A stretch of DNA of 64,000 bases from Candidatus Bathyarchaeota archaeon (GCA_963807605.1 CAWECG010000003.1:352001-416000); one strand, 5' to 3'. Positions 47,761-58,130 are shown, counted from the stretch's first letter. Numbers and translations are program-made. The notes: generated by a model from the sequence alone, not told the origin.

Positions 47761-47894
47761 GTTTTCTCGACCTCCACTCTGTTTAGAAGCCCCTTGCCAG
47801 GTTATTGCATCTGCCTCATTATAAGATGAAGAGATGGATGAACTGAAATCTCTAACGGAATTAATGGAGGAGGTATTCGTCGATAATCTAGATT

Positions 47895-48185
47895 TTGCCT
47901 GCAAACAATAACAAAGTCATGCCTGTTGACCGTGACCTAGCATACGAATCATTGAAGTGGGTTGAACCTGAAGTCTACAGAATCTATTGTAAGCTTAGAT
48001 ACATAGAAGTGAACCCCGGGGAAATTAATGGATATACCGAAAGCCTACGTAAGTTCTATCTTACCGAGAAACTGAACGATGCCCTTGACATGCTTGAAGC
48101 TAAGGGCCACATTACAATCCTGAATGACTATCAGAATGAGCAAATACTCTACACGAAGAACGGCGAGAATGCCTTGGATGTCTAA
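47895..48185 (+). CDS. hypothetical protein (wHTH-like C-terminus)
   Basis: ALDMLEAKGHI...YTKNG; first gene of a compact three-gene run. Confidence 0.5.
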   Translation: MPANNNKVMPVDRDLAYESLKWVEPEVYRIYCKLRYIEVNPGEINGYTESLRKFYLTEKLNDALDMLEAKGHITILNDYQNEQILYTKNGENALDV

Positions 48186-48196
48186 GGAGTGGTTCA

Positions 48197-48484
48197 GTGC
48201 CATACAGATGTGACATCTACATAGGTAGCGACAATGATTCAAGGAAAATTTGCGATAGCTATCTGAAGAAGGTTAGAGACTGGGCTAGTACCACTTTTCC
48301 CAATGGATATACGCTTGTTAAAGGTGAAGGGTGCTATCGCGGCATTTCCGAGGACTCGGTTCTAATCTATGCATTCTTTAGCGAAGATGCAACTCTGCGA
48401 AATCGGTTAGAGACATTGAAACGCGAATTGAAACAGGAAGCCATACTTCTTGTCAAATCAGCGGTTGATTTTGAGGTGGTCTAG
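48197..48484 (+). CDS. hypothetical protein (DUF3574-like small fold)
   Basis: FPNGYTLVKGEG...E...LKRELKQEAIL; GGAG RBS. Confidence 0.6.
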   Translation: MPYRCDIYIGSDNDSRKICDSYLKKVRDWASTTFPNGYTLVKGEGCYRGISEDSVLIYAFFSEDATLRNRLETLKRELKQEAILLVKSAVDFEVV

Positions 48485-49155
48485 TGAAATGTACAATGTG
48501 CGACCAGAGGATCAAAAGATCTCAGGCCTACTTTGGCGACCAGGGGACTCTCTACGAAGGTAAGCCGCTGTGTGAGACATGCTATCACGAAGATGAGCCT
48601 GCAGCAACGGTCCTCTACGGTAGAGATGATGAGCCTCACATAATCAGCCATACTAGAAATGAGGCCGAAGACGACTTCAGCGTACAATGGCACAGCACAG
48701 ACCCCTGGCGAGGATACTACGAGACTAAGAGTGAGAAATATTCCCTGGTCAACAATGCCGAACTTCTAGCCTATCACGAAAGCGAACAAATGCTGAAAGA
48801 ATTTGACGAGAAAGTGAGAGAACTATTTGACTCTTCAGGAATAGAGTATGCCAGAGTATTCGCAAGAAGTTCCAATGTCTTCTGCCAGAATTACGAACTA
48901 TACGTGAAGAAAGACAAGGAACTTATTGCTAGACTCCTCGTCGCCAAAGCAAAGGCTGAAGTTGACTACAACAATCCAAAATGGTACAGGAACATCATCT
49001 TCGACAGTGAGGCACTAACTAAGCTGGCCCAGCTATTTCCTGAAAGAAATATCAAGACGGACCACGACGCCGTTAAGCTCGTTGAAGAACTAGGAGACAA
49101 GACTCTCCCTGAATTACAAAAGAGGTTGAATGCGACGGGGAGAAAGAACCGGTGA
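48484..49155 (+). CDS. conserved element protein with N-terminal zinc finger
   Basis: CTMC...LCETCY, WHSTDPWRGYY; a paralogous fragment at 12082-12330 supports coding status. Confidence 0.8.
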   Translation: MKCTMCDQRIKRSQAYFGDQGTLYEGKPLCETCYHEDEPAATVLYGRDDEPHIISHTRNEAEDDFSVQWHSTDPWRGYYETKSEKYSLVNNAELLAYHESEQMLKEFDEKVRELFDSSGIEYARVFARSSNVFCQNYELYVKKDKELIARLLVAKAKAEVDYNNPKWYRNIIFDSEALTKLAQLFPERNIKTDHDAVKLVEELGDKTLPELQKRLNATGRKNR

Positions 49156-49259
49156 TATGTCAGTAATCCATTTAACATCGGCGCATATTTCCAGGGCGAG
49201 CATGTGAATCATCAAGAGATAAATACCTAACATACGAACAATCACTTGATGTCGATAGT

Positions 49260-50576
49260 ATGACCGAGACAGCCAGACAAAGTACGGAACCAAAGGTCAG
49301 CCGAAGAAGATTCCTGTATGTAGGCGCGGGCATAGTAGTTGCAGCAGCCGCGGGCGGAGGATACTATTATTTGACCAAACCCGGACAAATTATGACTCCT
49401 ACCGCAAATCAGACCATTACTGGCTCACCTATCCCTCAAAATCCAAATGCCACCACTGTTTTGGACCCTATTACTGAAAAATATGGCGGAAAATTCCCTC
49501 CTCAGATAATTGATAGATTAAGAATTTTGGGTACAAATGGGATTGATGAAAATGAAACTAAATTGTTAGATTTACTTTACAATATAGAAAAATCAGAAGA
49601 AATGAAAGGTAAAGGAATTAATGTCAGTAATTTGGAGAATAGATTAATTGATGTTTCTGTGGAAAATGGTACGGTTTCAGCCGAGAGTGGAACTGCTCTA
49701 GGTTATATGAACACTAATTTGAGTAAAAGTGAAGTTGAGGTGGGTTTCATGGACCTCAGTTTAGATAATGATAGTTTTAATAGGCTAAAGGAAAATGTTG
49801 GAATAAAAGATATTGACAAAATTAATCCTGATTTGGTTTTTGAAACTGCTAGAATGAGTGATTTTGCAGATAAAGAAGTTAGAGATTTGGCTTTTAGCCT
49901 TTATGAAACATACAAAGGTTCTATTGGCTTTATGCTTAATGAAGGTATTCCAAGCAAGAGAAGAAAATGCACTCCTTTAGAGGCTTGGGCATGGATTTAT
50001 AAAGATAGAGGAAGTGAAGGAGCTAAGAAATCATTGGTACTAAATCCTATAAGTATTGTTATCGATGCGTGGACAAAGACAAGTATTTCCGATGATTACA
50101 GATCTGAGATATGGAGTGATCTTAATGAAGTTACTGCTAGATTAAATTCTCCGAGACTAGTTGAAAGGTACATGCAAGATAATTTCGTTTATTCTTATAT
50201 ACCATACGAACCCGAAGGAGTGAAAAGTGTGCAACAAATTTTCTCTTCTGGTCTAACTGGAGGGAAGAAAAAAGGTGCTTGTTATGATCATGCACTATTT
50301 GCAGGATTTTGTTTAAAGAAGAATGGGTATGATGCAAAAGGTATGAAAGTAGATTTTAGTCAAGCAAGAGGTATGTATACTGGACATGTGGTTTGTTTAT
50401 ATAATGACCACAAGTATTTCATTATTGATGTGTGGGATTTGAAAGATGAAATTTATGGACCATTTGAAACGGAAGAGAAAGCTGCTTTATTTGCCTGCCA
50501 TGGACAAGGATTAAAATCATTTGGAACTTATGATATCAACATTGATATGGGAAGATACGCAAGAATTTGGGATTGA
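49260..50576 (+). CDS. Tat-exported transglutaminase-like (papain-fold) protein
   Basis: SRRRFLY + TM, Thr/Pro linker, predicted triad GACYDHA / GHVVCLY / IID. Confidence 0.75.
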   Translation: MTETARQSTEPKVSRRRFLYVGAGIVVAAAAGGGYYYLTKPGQIMTPTANQTITGSPIPQNPNATTVLDPITEKYGGKFPPQIIDRLRILGTNGIDENETKLLDLLYNIEKSEEMKGKGINVSNLENRLIDVSVENGTVSAESGTALGYMNTNLSKSEVEVGFMDLSLDNDSFNRLKENVGIKDIDKINPDLVFETARMSDFADKEVRDLAFSLYETYKGSIGFMLNEGIPSKRRKCTPLEAWAWIYKDRGSEGAKKSLVLNPISIVIDAWTKTSISDDYRSEIWSDLNEVTARLNSPRLVERYMQDNFVYSYIPYEPEGVKSVQQIFSSGLTGGKKKGACYDHALFAGFCLKKNGYDAKGMKVDFSQARGMYTGHVVCLYNDHKYFIIDVWDLKDEIYGPFETEEKAALFACHGQGLKSFGTYDINIDMGRYARIWD

Positions 50577-50615
50577 TGATTCCAACTCTGGAATGTATTT
50601 AAATTAGAAATTAAA

Positions 50616-50996
50616 TTAAACCAATTTGTGTTTACCTATTAATTGTCCATTAGAATATTGTATATCTGTTACTGAAGTATAACCTCCACCTCCTGAACTA
50701 CTCGCACAACTTGGCCCACCCCAACACGCAAAACCACCACAAGTAACACTGCAACCTTGTCCAGGACCAGCACAGCCGCATGAACCCGAAGCCCCACCAG
50801 TTCCCCCAGCACTACCGCCACCAGCAGTGCAACTACAAACACAACTGCAACCAGCTGCCACAGGAGCAACTTGCACACCCACAGCCGCCACTACAACTCC
50901 TAAGCCGACAGCTGTCTTCTTTGAAATACTGCCCTCTTCTCCTGATAAAAACGAAGATATGCTCTTTTTAATCGAAGGAATTTCCAACTTCATCAA
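50616..50996 (-). CDS. Cys/Gly-rich peptide precursor
   Basis: Leader KKSISSFLSGEEGSISKK + hydrophobic stretch, then a core with 10 Cys in a Gly/Ser-rich context. Confidence 0.65.
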   Translation of the reverse strand: MMKLEIPSIKKSISSFLSGEEGSISKKTAVGLGVVVAAVGVQVAPVAAGCSCVCSCTAGGGSAGGTGGASGSCGCAGPGQGCSVTCGGFACWGGPSCASSSGGGGYTSVTDIQYSNGQLIGKHKLV

Positions 50997-51054
50997 TGTT
51001 TGGTGATTAATCTCCTATTCTGTTTCTCAGAATTAACGGAAACCTTGTGTATCG

Positions 51055-51516
51055 ATGAATGTCTTGGGGGTGTATAATGCAATTATTAAGATGAGTCGGG
51101 AGACCTTTCTTCGCAAACAGTATGAGAAACTGACGCGGCTTGGAATAGACCTGGAAGGGTTGAATACGATACGACTTCAGGGCTCCGAGGACTTCAATCA
51201 TGCTCTAACCAAGTTCATAGTCTGTTTTGGAATCTTAAGAGGTGGGCATCGATTTAAGACCGAGCAGAGAATCAACAGTTCGATATGCGACATCATAGAC
51301 TTGGACAACTTCATTATATACGAGATAGAGTCCAACGCTGATTCGGCTAAGCACAAGAGCAAACTCGGAGACTTCTACCATCCATACATTGAGGACATCG
51401 TCATCATAGACCTCAAGAAGTTGAGCGGGTGGGAGGCTGTCGGCAGCCTTTTCGATTCTGTATGTTCTCGATACGGTATTCTGACAGAAAGAAGGGCTAG
51501 GCTTGTGAGAATGTGA
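51055..51516 (+). CDS. hypothetical protein, PD-(D/E)XK nuclease-like
   Basis: H...K...FKTE...ICDIID...IYEIESN. Confidence 0.55.
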   Translation: MNVLGVYNAIIKMSRETFLRKQYEKLTRLGIDLEGLNTIRLQGSEDFNHALTKFIVCFGILRGGHRFKTEQRINSSICDIIDLDNFIIYEIESNADSAKHKSKLGDFYHPYIEDIVIIDLKKLSGWEAVGSLFDSVCSRYGILTERRARLVRM

Positions 51517-51544
51517 AACTAAGAAAACTTGCAAGAGGTGGAGA

Positions 51545-51826
51545 ATGAGAGGATACTGCCCGAGATGCAAAGAGTATAGAAGCGACAGGGACGAGGATGC
51601 TTGGTCGATAGTCTGGAAGAATGGCTATCCAAGCTGTGAAAGATGCGGTTCATTTGTAGATGTTGAGTATTACGTAGAGATTAGGAATTGCAAGAATAGA
51701 AGGGGAAGAAGGAAGAACAAAGAAAGAGAGAAGTGCAAACATAAGAAGACTGCCGAAATAATTCGCTCAGTTGCTTTCTCTCACTCGAAAGGTACCCAAT
51801 TTCACGAGATTAGGGGATCAAGATAG
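51545..51826 (+). CDS. small zinc-ribbon protein with basic tail
   Basis: CPRC...CERC; GAGGTGG RBS. Confidence 0.55.
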   Translation: MRGYCPRCKEYRSDRDEDAWSIVWKNGYPSCERCGSFVDVEYYVEIRNCKNRRGRRKNKEREKCKHKKTAEIIRSVAFSHSKGTQFHEIRGSR

Positions 51827-51838
51827 TTTGGTGGTTGA

Positions 51839-53542
51839 GTGGCCGACGATCACTTGGATGATTATGCAAAGTGGGAGAGATGGGCGTACGAGCAGAGGTA
51901 CGGACAGGGAAGCTGGGACGCAGACCACAGCGTGAGTGAGGACACAAGGACAGAAGGACACGCAGGTTTCCGAGATTACAAAGATCCTTTCAAGACATAT
52001 TGGAGCGACGAGCATTCTATCGGCATTTTGGAGAGGGATAGGAAGTTCATCGGAGTTGCTTGCATAGTTGCCAAGGAAGTTGTAGACAAGGAGAGTTTTG
52101 TCAGAAGGTTCGGATTGAGCTTTGAGAAGGACATTCAATGGAAAGCTGCCGCTAGTCTTCTAGATCATCTCTCAAGATCTCCTTTGTTCAAAGCAGTTCT
52201 CGTCACAGTCAACAAGGTTCCTTTCAAGCTTGAGCCAGATGTACCTGAGGAATTGCAGGGAAGAACGAACTGGTCAAAGAGAAATTACGAGTTCCATAAA
52301 GACAAAGCTGACACGTTTAAGCTCCAACTTGAACAGCAGAGGAATTCTCCTGTGTTTGGCGGGCCTTTTCCAAAATATTTGCCAAAGCAGATGAAGGAAG
52401 AGGAAGATTATGCCAAGAAGTTCCTCGAACTGTCCAAAAGCCTGGAGATGCAGGCTCAAGAACATCTCAAACAGTATTTCTTGATAAAGGAAAACCTGTT
52501 TGTTGCTGCTCTGTTTCTCTACGTCTACACAAACCCATCCGATGACTTTAATCAAACTGTTAACGACATCCTTGCCAGAAGAAGAGCAGCCGAGATTGAA
52601 GCGAACCTGACTTACTTCGTCAAATGCTCGCCAGTCAAAGACCCTATAATCGCTCTCAGACCGGAGTTTTTTCTTCTTTGGGACGAGGTCCAACCATACT
52701 ACTCCTTAGCCCTAGCAGACGATTGCGCAGGTTTCGGCTCAAACAAAGAGATAGCGGCGATCATGAGGAAGATGTTTACTTCCGCATTAGAACTTCCAAA
52801 GGAAGAGTCAATCGAAGAACAAATTCACATACCTTCAGAGGAAGTCAGCCTCGAAGGACCAAGAAAGGCATTGCTTGGGTACATTGTCGAATCTGTTGTC
52901 AAGGGCAAGATTACAAAAAGGAGAGTGTACTTTCCTCTTGACGTTCTGACCGGACATGGAATAATCTTCGGTAAGACACGTGTGGGTAAGAGCTTTTTTT
53001 CCTTGATATTGATTCAGGAAGCTTTGGCAAATGGGATAAGAGTTGTTGTGTTCGACCCACACGGGACTCTGGCTAACAGACTGAAGGAGAATGAATTACT
53101 AAAAGTAGTGTACACTAAAGGAAAGGCAGACATCACAAGCGAACTGGAAGAGATCTACCAAGATGCTTCTGCTTGGCCTGAAACAAACGAACTGAAATTA
53201 CTAGTTGTACTTGATGAGACCAGGCTGTTAAGAGCGAAGAATCTTGCCCAATGTTTGAATGAACTAGGTAAACGGGGTTTAGGCTTCATTCTTGTGACGC
53301 AGTACTCGACGAGCATTCCACCTGAGGCAAGAAATCTTGGAACTTACTTTATCATGGCAGCCATGAGCGAGACTGAGATTCAACGCTTTAAGGAAGTGAC
53401 TCTACATCCAAGTTCAAAGTTGATAACAAGATTACCTAGGGCGACGAGTTTTATCTTTAGTCCCTACTGGTATCCTGAGCCGTTCTTTGTTAGACATCGA
53501 AAGATGACCGAGAGCAAGGTCTCAGGAGATGCTGTCAAATAG
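51839..53542 (+). CDS. HerA/VirB4-like (DUF87) ATPase
   Basis: HGIIFGKTRVGKS, VFDPHG, VLDE, RGLGFILVTQ. Confidence 0.8.
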   Translation: MADDHLDDYAKWERWAYEQRYGQGSWDADHSVSEDTRTEGHAGFRDYKDPFKTYWSDEHSIGILERDRKFIGVACIVAKEVVDKESFVRRFGLSFEKDIQWKAAASLLDHLSRSPLFKAVLVTVNKVPFKLEPDVPEELQGRTNWSKRNYEFHKDKADTFKLQLEQQRNSPVFGGPFPKYLPKQMKEEEDYAKKFLELSKSLEMQAQEHLKQYFLIKENLFVAALFLYVYTNPSDDFNQTVNDILARRRAAEIEANLTYFVKCSPVKDPIIALRPEFFLLWDEVQPYYSLALADDCAGFGSNKEIAAIMRKMFTSALELPKEESIEEQIHIPSEEVSLEGPRKALLGYIVESVVKGKITKRRVYFPLDVLTGHGIIFGKTRVGKSFFSLILIQEALANGIRVVVFDPHGTLANRLKENELLKVVYTKGKADITSELEEIYQDASAWPETNELKLLVVLDETRLLRAKNLAQCLNELGKRGLGFILVTQYSTSIPPEARNLGTYFIMAAMSETEIQRFKEVTLHPSSKLITRLPRATSFIFSPYWYPEPFFVRHRKMTESKVSGDAVK

Positions 53543-55021
53543 CGATCCATTCATTTCATGGCAACAGGAAGGACATCTGAATACGTCCATCGTATCCCCT
53601 CGCAGTGCGCCGCAAGCTGGACAGCGTCCTAAGGTCAATTTGCGGAAAGGAAACAGCAGTAACACACCTAATGTGATCATCAAGATGAACAGCAGATCTG
53701 GAGTGATAACTGCCGAGATGAAGAATACGATCAGTACCAGTTCCACCAGCAGAAACTTAGTATTCTTTGAGAAATATGGGTACGCGAACAATATCATTGT
53801 CATCACAAATGCAAGGAGAAGAGCAAGAGCAATCAAGGAGATCATGAGTACGGCGTTCAAAGCTGAAGCCAAGACAAGATCAGCGATAGCTCTTACTGCG
53901 TAGGTTTGGTAGCCAAGAAAGCCAATAGCGACACCGGCCAAGAATTTCAGGAGCTGAAGGAACAGTCTCAATCCCTTCATGGCCACTAGGAAAAAGAAAG
54001 GTAGAAACATTGTAGAAAAGAGAGTGAAGCTTGTTGTCAGTAAAGCGACTTCAGGAAGCAAAGTCACATTCCAAGCAAACTTGAAAGAGATCAGGGAGAT
54101 ACTGACACCAGATCTGAAAAACGCAAGGAGCAAACCCAGTGTCAATCCATACTCAATTCTGGGAATAAAGAGCCAACTATTGTCCCGCAGCATCTTGATT
54201 CTCTCTATGGCAGTTGGTCCTCCTTTGATCTTCTCCTGCCAACTACCTTTAGTAACGAACAGTTGAAGGTTCAAAATGAGTTTCATTGTTGTTTTTTGGA
54301 GTGAAGCAACTCTTGCATCTGCATAAGCTTCTCTAACCCTCAAGAGTTGACCATTCACTAGATAGATTGCCAGCGTCGGCACTAGATATAGCTCCCTCAA
54401 CCAGAACGAATGAAAATCGAAGAAGAATTCTGACACAAACGGTCGTGTCGCAAGAAAAAAGGTCGCGTGAACGATCAGAAGAATCAGGTAAGACTTTATC
54501 AACTTCTCCGCAATCGTATGTTTCACAAGATCCCTGTTTTTCAAATGAGAAAGCTCGTGAAGCATTGTTGATTCGACAAACTCGCGCTTTACGTAGAACA
54601 TCTTGCAAAACCCTTCACTAAGTGTCAAGTAGGTTTCTCTATGGTTTCCAAAGATCACTGCCCGGTAGTCTGTAGCATTTGACCACAAGATGGTTGGCGA
54701 GGATACATCTATCTCTCCGGAAAGCTGGTCTACGAAATTACGCAGCTCCGGACATCTTGAGTCGATTCTTTCGAGGTGCTGTTTTCTTATCTTCCTTTGA
54801 GGATCGTAAAGATAGAACAATAACGTAAGCAATGTCAAACCCATAACTGTTAAAAGCGAAAATGACGCGAAAATGATTTTTCCTACGATGCTGGTAGCCA
54901 GCGGGATTAGTCCGACATAAAGTGCTCCTATACTTATCGCTGGAGATACAGCAGTGATTACCAAAATGATGAACAAGATAGTATGATATGATGGAAAGGC
55001 GAATGGGTTTAGCCTATTCAT
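53522..55021 (-). CDS. M48 (HtpX-like) membrane metalloprotease with C-terminal zinc ribbon
   Basis: LNPFAFPS, HELSHLKNRD, REAYADAR, many TM segments, CPAC..CPSC. Confidence 0.85.
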   Translation of the reverse strand: MNRLNPFAFPSYHTILFIILVITAVSPAISIGALYVGLIPLATSIVGKIIFASFSLLTVMGLTLLTLLFYLYDPQRKIRKQHLERIDSRCPELRNFVDQLSGEIDVSSPTILWSNATDYRAVIFGNHRETYLTLSEGFCKMFYVKREFVESTMLHELSHLKNRDLVKHTIAEKLIKSYLILLIVHATFFLATRPFVSEFFFDFHSFWLRELYLVPTLAIYLVNGQLLRVREAYADARVASLQKTTMKLILNLQLFVTKGSWQEKIKGGPTAIERIKMLRDNSWLFIPRIEYGLTLGLLLAFFRSGVSISLISFKFAWNVTLLPEVALLTTSFTLFSTMFLPFFFLVAMKGLRLFLQLLKFLAGVAIGFLGYQTYAVRAIADLVLASALNAVLMISLIALALLLAFVMTMILFAYPYFSKNTKFLLVELVLIVFFISAVITPDLLFILMITLGVLLLFPFRKLTLGRCPACGALRGDTMDVFRCPSCCHEMNGSLFDSIS

Positions 55022-55150
55022 CTCTCAGATCTCTCCATAACAAGCTCTTAATATCCTCGACAGCCAAGAGTATTTCCAGATACCTCTCCCTCAGCAATTG
55101 CACTGTCACTTGCTTGTTCTGGCTTTTTGTTTTCTGGCGTTCGTTAAAGC

Positions 55151-56749
55151 TCAGATTGCAGCTGTTGGACGCTCCCAGCCATCTAGAGTTATGAAGAATT
55201 CTTGGTTGATGGGATGCGAGCAATGCCGACATCGAAAAAGACTGAAAGGGACGATCGACTTACGACAGAACGGACACTTCGCATACTTGTTGGACATTAA
55301 TAAGAGACTCAAGCCAAAGAGAAGCACTGTAATTCCAATCGCGTAAAGAGCCGGCTCGCCCAAGTTTAGGATATGGATAAGCCATCCCATAGGTAGAAGA
55401 ACCAGAACAAAGTTGGGAATAAGTAACTTCAACTGCGGCCCAAGGTTAAGAGAAAAGAAAGAGAGACTGAACTGAAGTAGAAGCTTCTGAATAAGCAAGA
55501 ACATGTACGTGGCTATGAAGAGATAGAGCAACAGATCAATCCCCGGACGGAGCGGCAAGATCGTCAAAGTAAGCACTGAAGTCAACACTATGCTGATCTT
55601 CAAGGGCGTCACAAATGTATGGAAAAGGTCTTGTCGAGTGTTCCGAATGTTGCTGAGAATTGAGACCCAGAATGGCAAGCACATCAATAGGAAAATGAAA
55701 TAATTGGTTGCAAGAAAGAAAACACCTACAAACATAGAGAATGGCAGATATCCGATCACATTCCACACGATGGCCAAAGAGCCGAGAGAGAGAAAGCCAG
55801 ACAACCACGAAAATCCGCTAACCGCCGCGCAGATGAGTCCTCTTTCAATAGTGTGCCTGAAAATGTCTTGCTTTATGATTTTGATCCTTCGTGCTGAAGT
55901 TAGAAGAAAGGGAGAAAATAGTCTCGCAGGGAAGCTTGACTGTGGGAATCCGCTGAAAAAGCTTAGCACGTTGAGCATATTTCTGTCGGTTTTCTCAATA
56001 CATATAGTTCTGGCATCCGCGTAGATCTCTCTCCATCTTGCTATGACGTTGTTCAGATAGAAGACCGCAACAAGGGGAATCAGATAGACCAGCATAACCG
56101 CCGGCAACCAGTCAAGAATAAGATTATGGCTAGAAATTAGGGCAAAGAAAATACTGACAAAAGTGACCACAGCAAACGATCTCCATAGGCTTTCAGCGAT
56201 TTCATGTTGCACGAGATCTCTATTCTTGATATGTGATAGCTCGTGAATCAGAATCGTCTCTACCAAGGATTGAAAAGTGTGCCACTTTTCGCAGAGCCCG
56301 GTTGAAATCAAAAGCCTACCATGCTTTTCGGAGCCAAAGGCCAATGCATTTATTTCTGCACTATCGACGTAGAATGTCTCAGGAGTCTGCAAGTTCATTC
56401 GTTCGCACAGTTGTCGAAGAAGCGTAAGGATCTCTGGACGCTGGACTTCAAGCTTGTATTGTCCATATTTTTTCATCCTGCTTTTGATTGTGTGAGTGTA
56501 GAAAACATATGTCAGGACGGGAAACAGAAAGAGGTTGAACGGCGCAAGAACGATCAGAGGATACCTAGCAGGGTCCAACGTAAAAAGGGGATACAGGAAA
56601 TATGTAATGACTGAAACAGCTAGACTAGAAGCTGGGCCAACAAGAGACATCAACATATAGACGAAGTAAAGCGTTAGTTCTGATGGGAAGACGAATGGGT
56701 TAAGTAGCTTCCTTTCCTTCGCAGGATCCTCGACGCTGCACGAGTTCAA
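55151..56749 (-). CDS. M48 (HtpX-like) membrane metalloprotease paralogue
   Basis: LNPFVFPS, NALAFG, HELSHIKNRD, REIYADAR, CPFC..CRHC. Confidence 0.85.
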   Translation of the reverse strand: MNSCSVEDPAKERKLLNPFVFPSELTLYFVYMLMSLVGPASSLAVSVITYFLYPLFTLDPARYPLIVLAPFNLFLFPVLTYVFYTHTIKSRMKKYGQYKLEVQRPEILTLLRQLCERMNLQTPETFYVDSAEINALAFGSEKHGRLLISTGLCEKWHTFQSLVETILIHELSHIKNRDLVQHEIAESLWRSFAVVTFVSIFFALISSHNLILDWLPAVMLVYLIPLVAVFYLNNVIARWREIYADARTICIEKTDRNMLNVLSFFSGFPQSSFPARLFSPFLLTSARRIKIIKQDIFRHTIERGLICAAVSGFSWLSGFLSLGSLAIVWNVIGYLPFSMFVGVFFLATNYFIFLLMCLPFWVSILSNIRNTRQDLFHTFVTPLKISIVLTSVLTLTILPLRPGIDLLLYLFIATYMFLLIQKLLLQFSLSFFSLNLGPQLKLLIPNFVLVLLPMGWLIHILNLGEPALYAIGITVLLFGLSLLLMSNKYAKCPFCRKSIVPFSLFRCRHCSHPINQEFFITLDGWERPTAAI

Positions 56750-57546
56750 GAACTACACACAATCTTCTTCAGTCTGCGCAAGCGTTCCTCAACAAGCGTT
56801 TGTTTTCCCAGATATCTTTCTCTCAATATTTCGTAGTAATTCTTGCTCACTCTGCCTTCGCTGAAGCCCTGTTCTAATTGTCTCAGTGTATTCTTGATAT
56901 TGTACAGTTGACTGTTGAAATCCGTAACATCCTCGATCAGGGAGAGAAACCTTTCCTCCTTTTCATGCTCATCCTCTATGGATATCGCTGCAACTAGTTG
57001 GCCTATGTCATCCGCAGACATGAAGTGCAGCTCTCTCTCGCTGAACGCCGACCTGTAGTGAATAGCCATCTCCTTAATTCTTTTTCTTAGAGTGTGGAGT
57101 CGTTCTTCTAGATCATTCTCAGTGATCTGACCCTTTGCAAAACTTACGTAAATCTCATCCCATTCTTTAGCTATCACTTTTCTCTGGTGCTTTAGCCAAT
57201 CCGTGTTTATTTGACTCTTCAATTCCTCAGAATAATCCTCGGATTTCAGTATGTTTTCAGGTGGCTCAATCAGAACCTTTCCATCTTCCTGAATGAAACA
57301 TATGGGGAAACTATCAATGCATTTCCCCGCCTTCTTGTCATGAGGTACATCATATCTTACTTTTCTCCAATGCTCCTCAACTATCACTATCGGTATTGTT
57401 ACTTTAGCTGAACCGCCGCTGGGAATGGCGACCCGCATGTCTACGTACCGAAGTTTCATGCTTAACCCTACCAGGGGAACCATGATAAAATTCCATCGAT
57501 GACCGGTAACAATAGCAGAACGGTAACATCGCTCTTCTGACCGCAA
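56746..57546 (-). CDS. hypothetical coiled-coil protein with two SHOCT-like motifs (start uncertain)
   Basis: FAKGQITENDL and FSEGRVSKNYYEIL helices; 4-nt stop/start overlap with the M48 gene. Confidence 0.55.
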   Translation of the reverse strand: MRSEERCYRSAIVTGHRWNFIMVPLVGLSMKLRYVDMRVAIPSGGSAKVTIPIVIVEEHWRKVRYDVPHDKKAGKCIDSFPICFIQEDGKVLIEPPENILKSEDYSEELKSQINTDWLKHQRKVIAKEWDEIYVSFAKGQITENDLEERLHTLRKRIKEMAIHYRSAFSERELHFMSADDIGQLVAAISIEDEHEKEERFLSLIEDVTDFNSQLYNIKNTLRQLEQGFSEGRVSKNYYEILRERYLGKQTLVEERLRRLKKIVCSS

Positions 57547-57599
57547 GGTTGTAAAAATGCGTAGTTCTAGCTAACAGAGCCTCTTCTACATTGCTCATT

Positions 57600-57626
57600 T
57601 TCGGTAATATCCCATAAGTTACCGAA
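57600..57626. promoter_or_regulatory. inverted repeat (putative operator) between divergent genes
   Basis: TTCGGTAA-N11-TTACCGAA. Confidence 0.5.
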
Positions 57627-57662
57627 GCTTCAAGACCTCATCGCACTCTATAGCGAGAAAAA

Positions 57663-58130
57663 ATGAACCCGAACAATGGAAGGTCTCCCGGAAATGGCAG
57701 AAGGAGACTCAAGGATTTCCTGAGGCAACTCAGGGTCCTAACGCCTGGCGCTTTGGTGCGATGGAATACTATAGCTGCAATCATAGAAATCCTACTAGGA
57801 AAGTTGAAAGTTGGAATGATTTACAATAGGACGTTCGCGCGGCCATGGGAACTAAAAGACTATGAAATCAAGCCAGGAAGCGCACTCACCATTATTAGAA
57901 GACTGGTCAAGTTGAATATCCTTGAACCTCTTGACCGCAAAGTTGAACCTCCTGAGGTTCAACTTTCCAAGAACGGTTTGCTGAAACTAAACGAAGAGTT
58001 AGAGATATGGCACGAAGTTTTCAGGCTCACTAACGGGTTCCTACTGGAGAGACCTATGCTGCAAGTGCTCGGCGAGAGACTTGACGAACTCCAAAGATTG
58101 ATCGAAGGCACGGAAGAAAGCCAATCCTAA
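57663..58130 (+). CDS. winged-helix (PadR-like) transcriptional regulator
   Basis: IKPGSALTIIRRLVKLNIL...QLSKNGL..L. Confidence 0.55.
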   Translation: MNPNNGRSPGNGRRRLKDFLRQLRVLTPGALVRWNTIAAIIEILLGKLKVGMIYNRTFARPWELKDYEIKPGSALTIIRRLVKLNILEPLDRKVEPPEVQLSKNGLLKLNEELEIWHEVFRLTNGFLLERPMLQVLGERLDELQRLIEGTEESQS

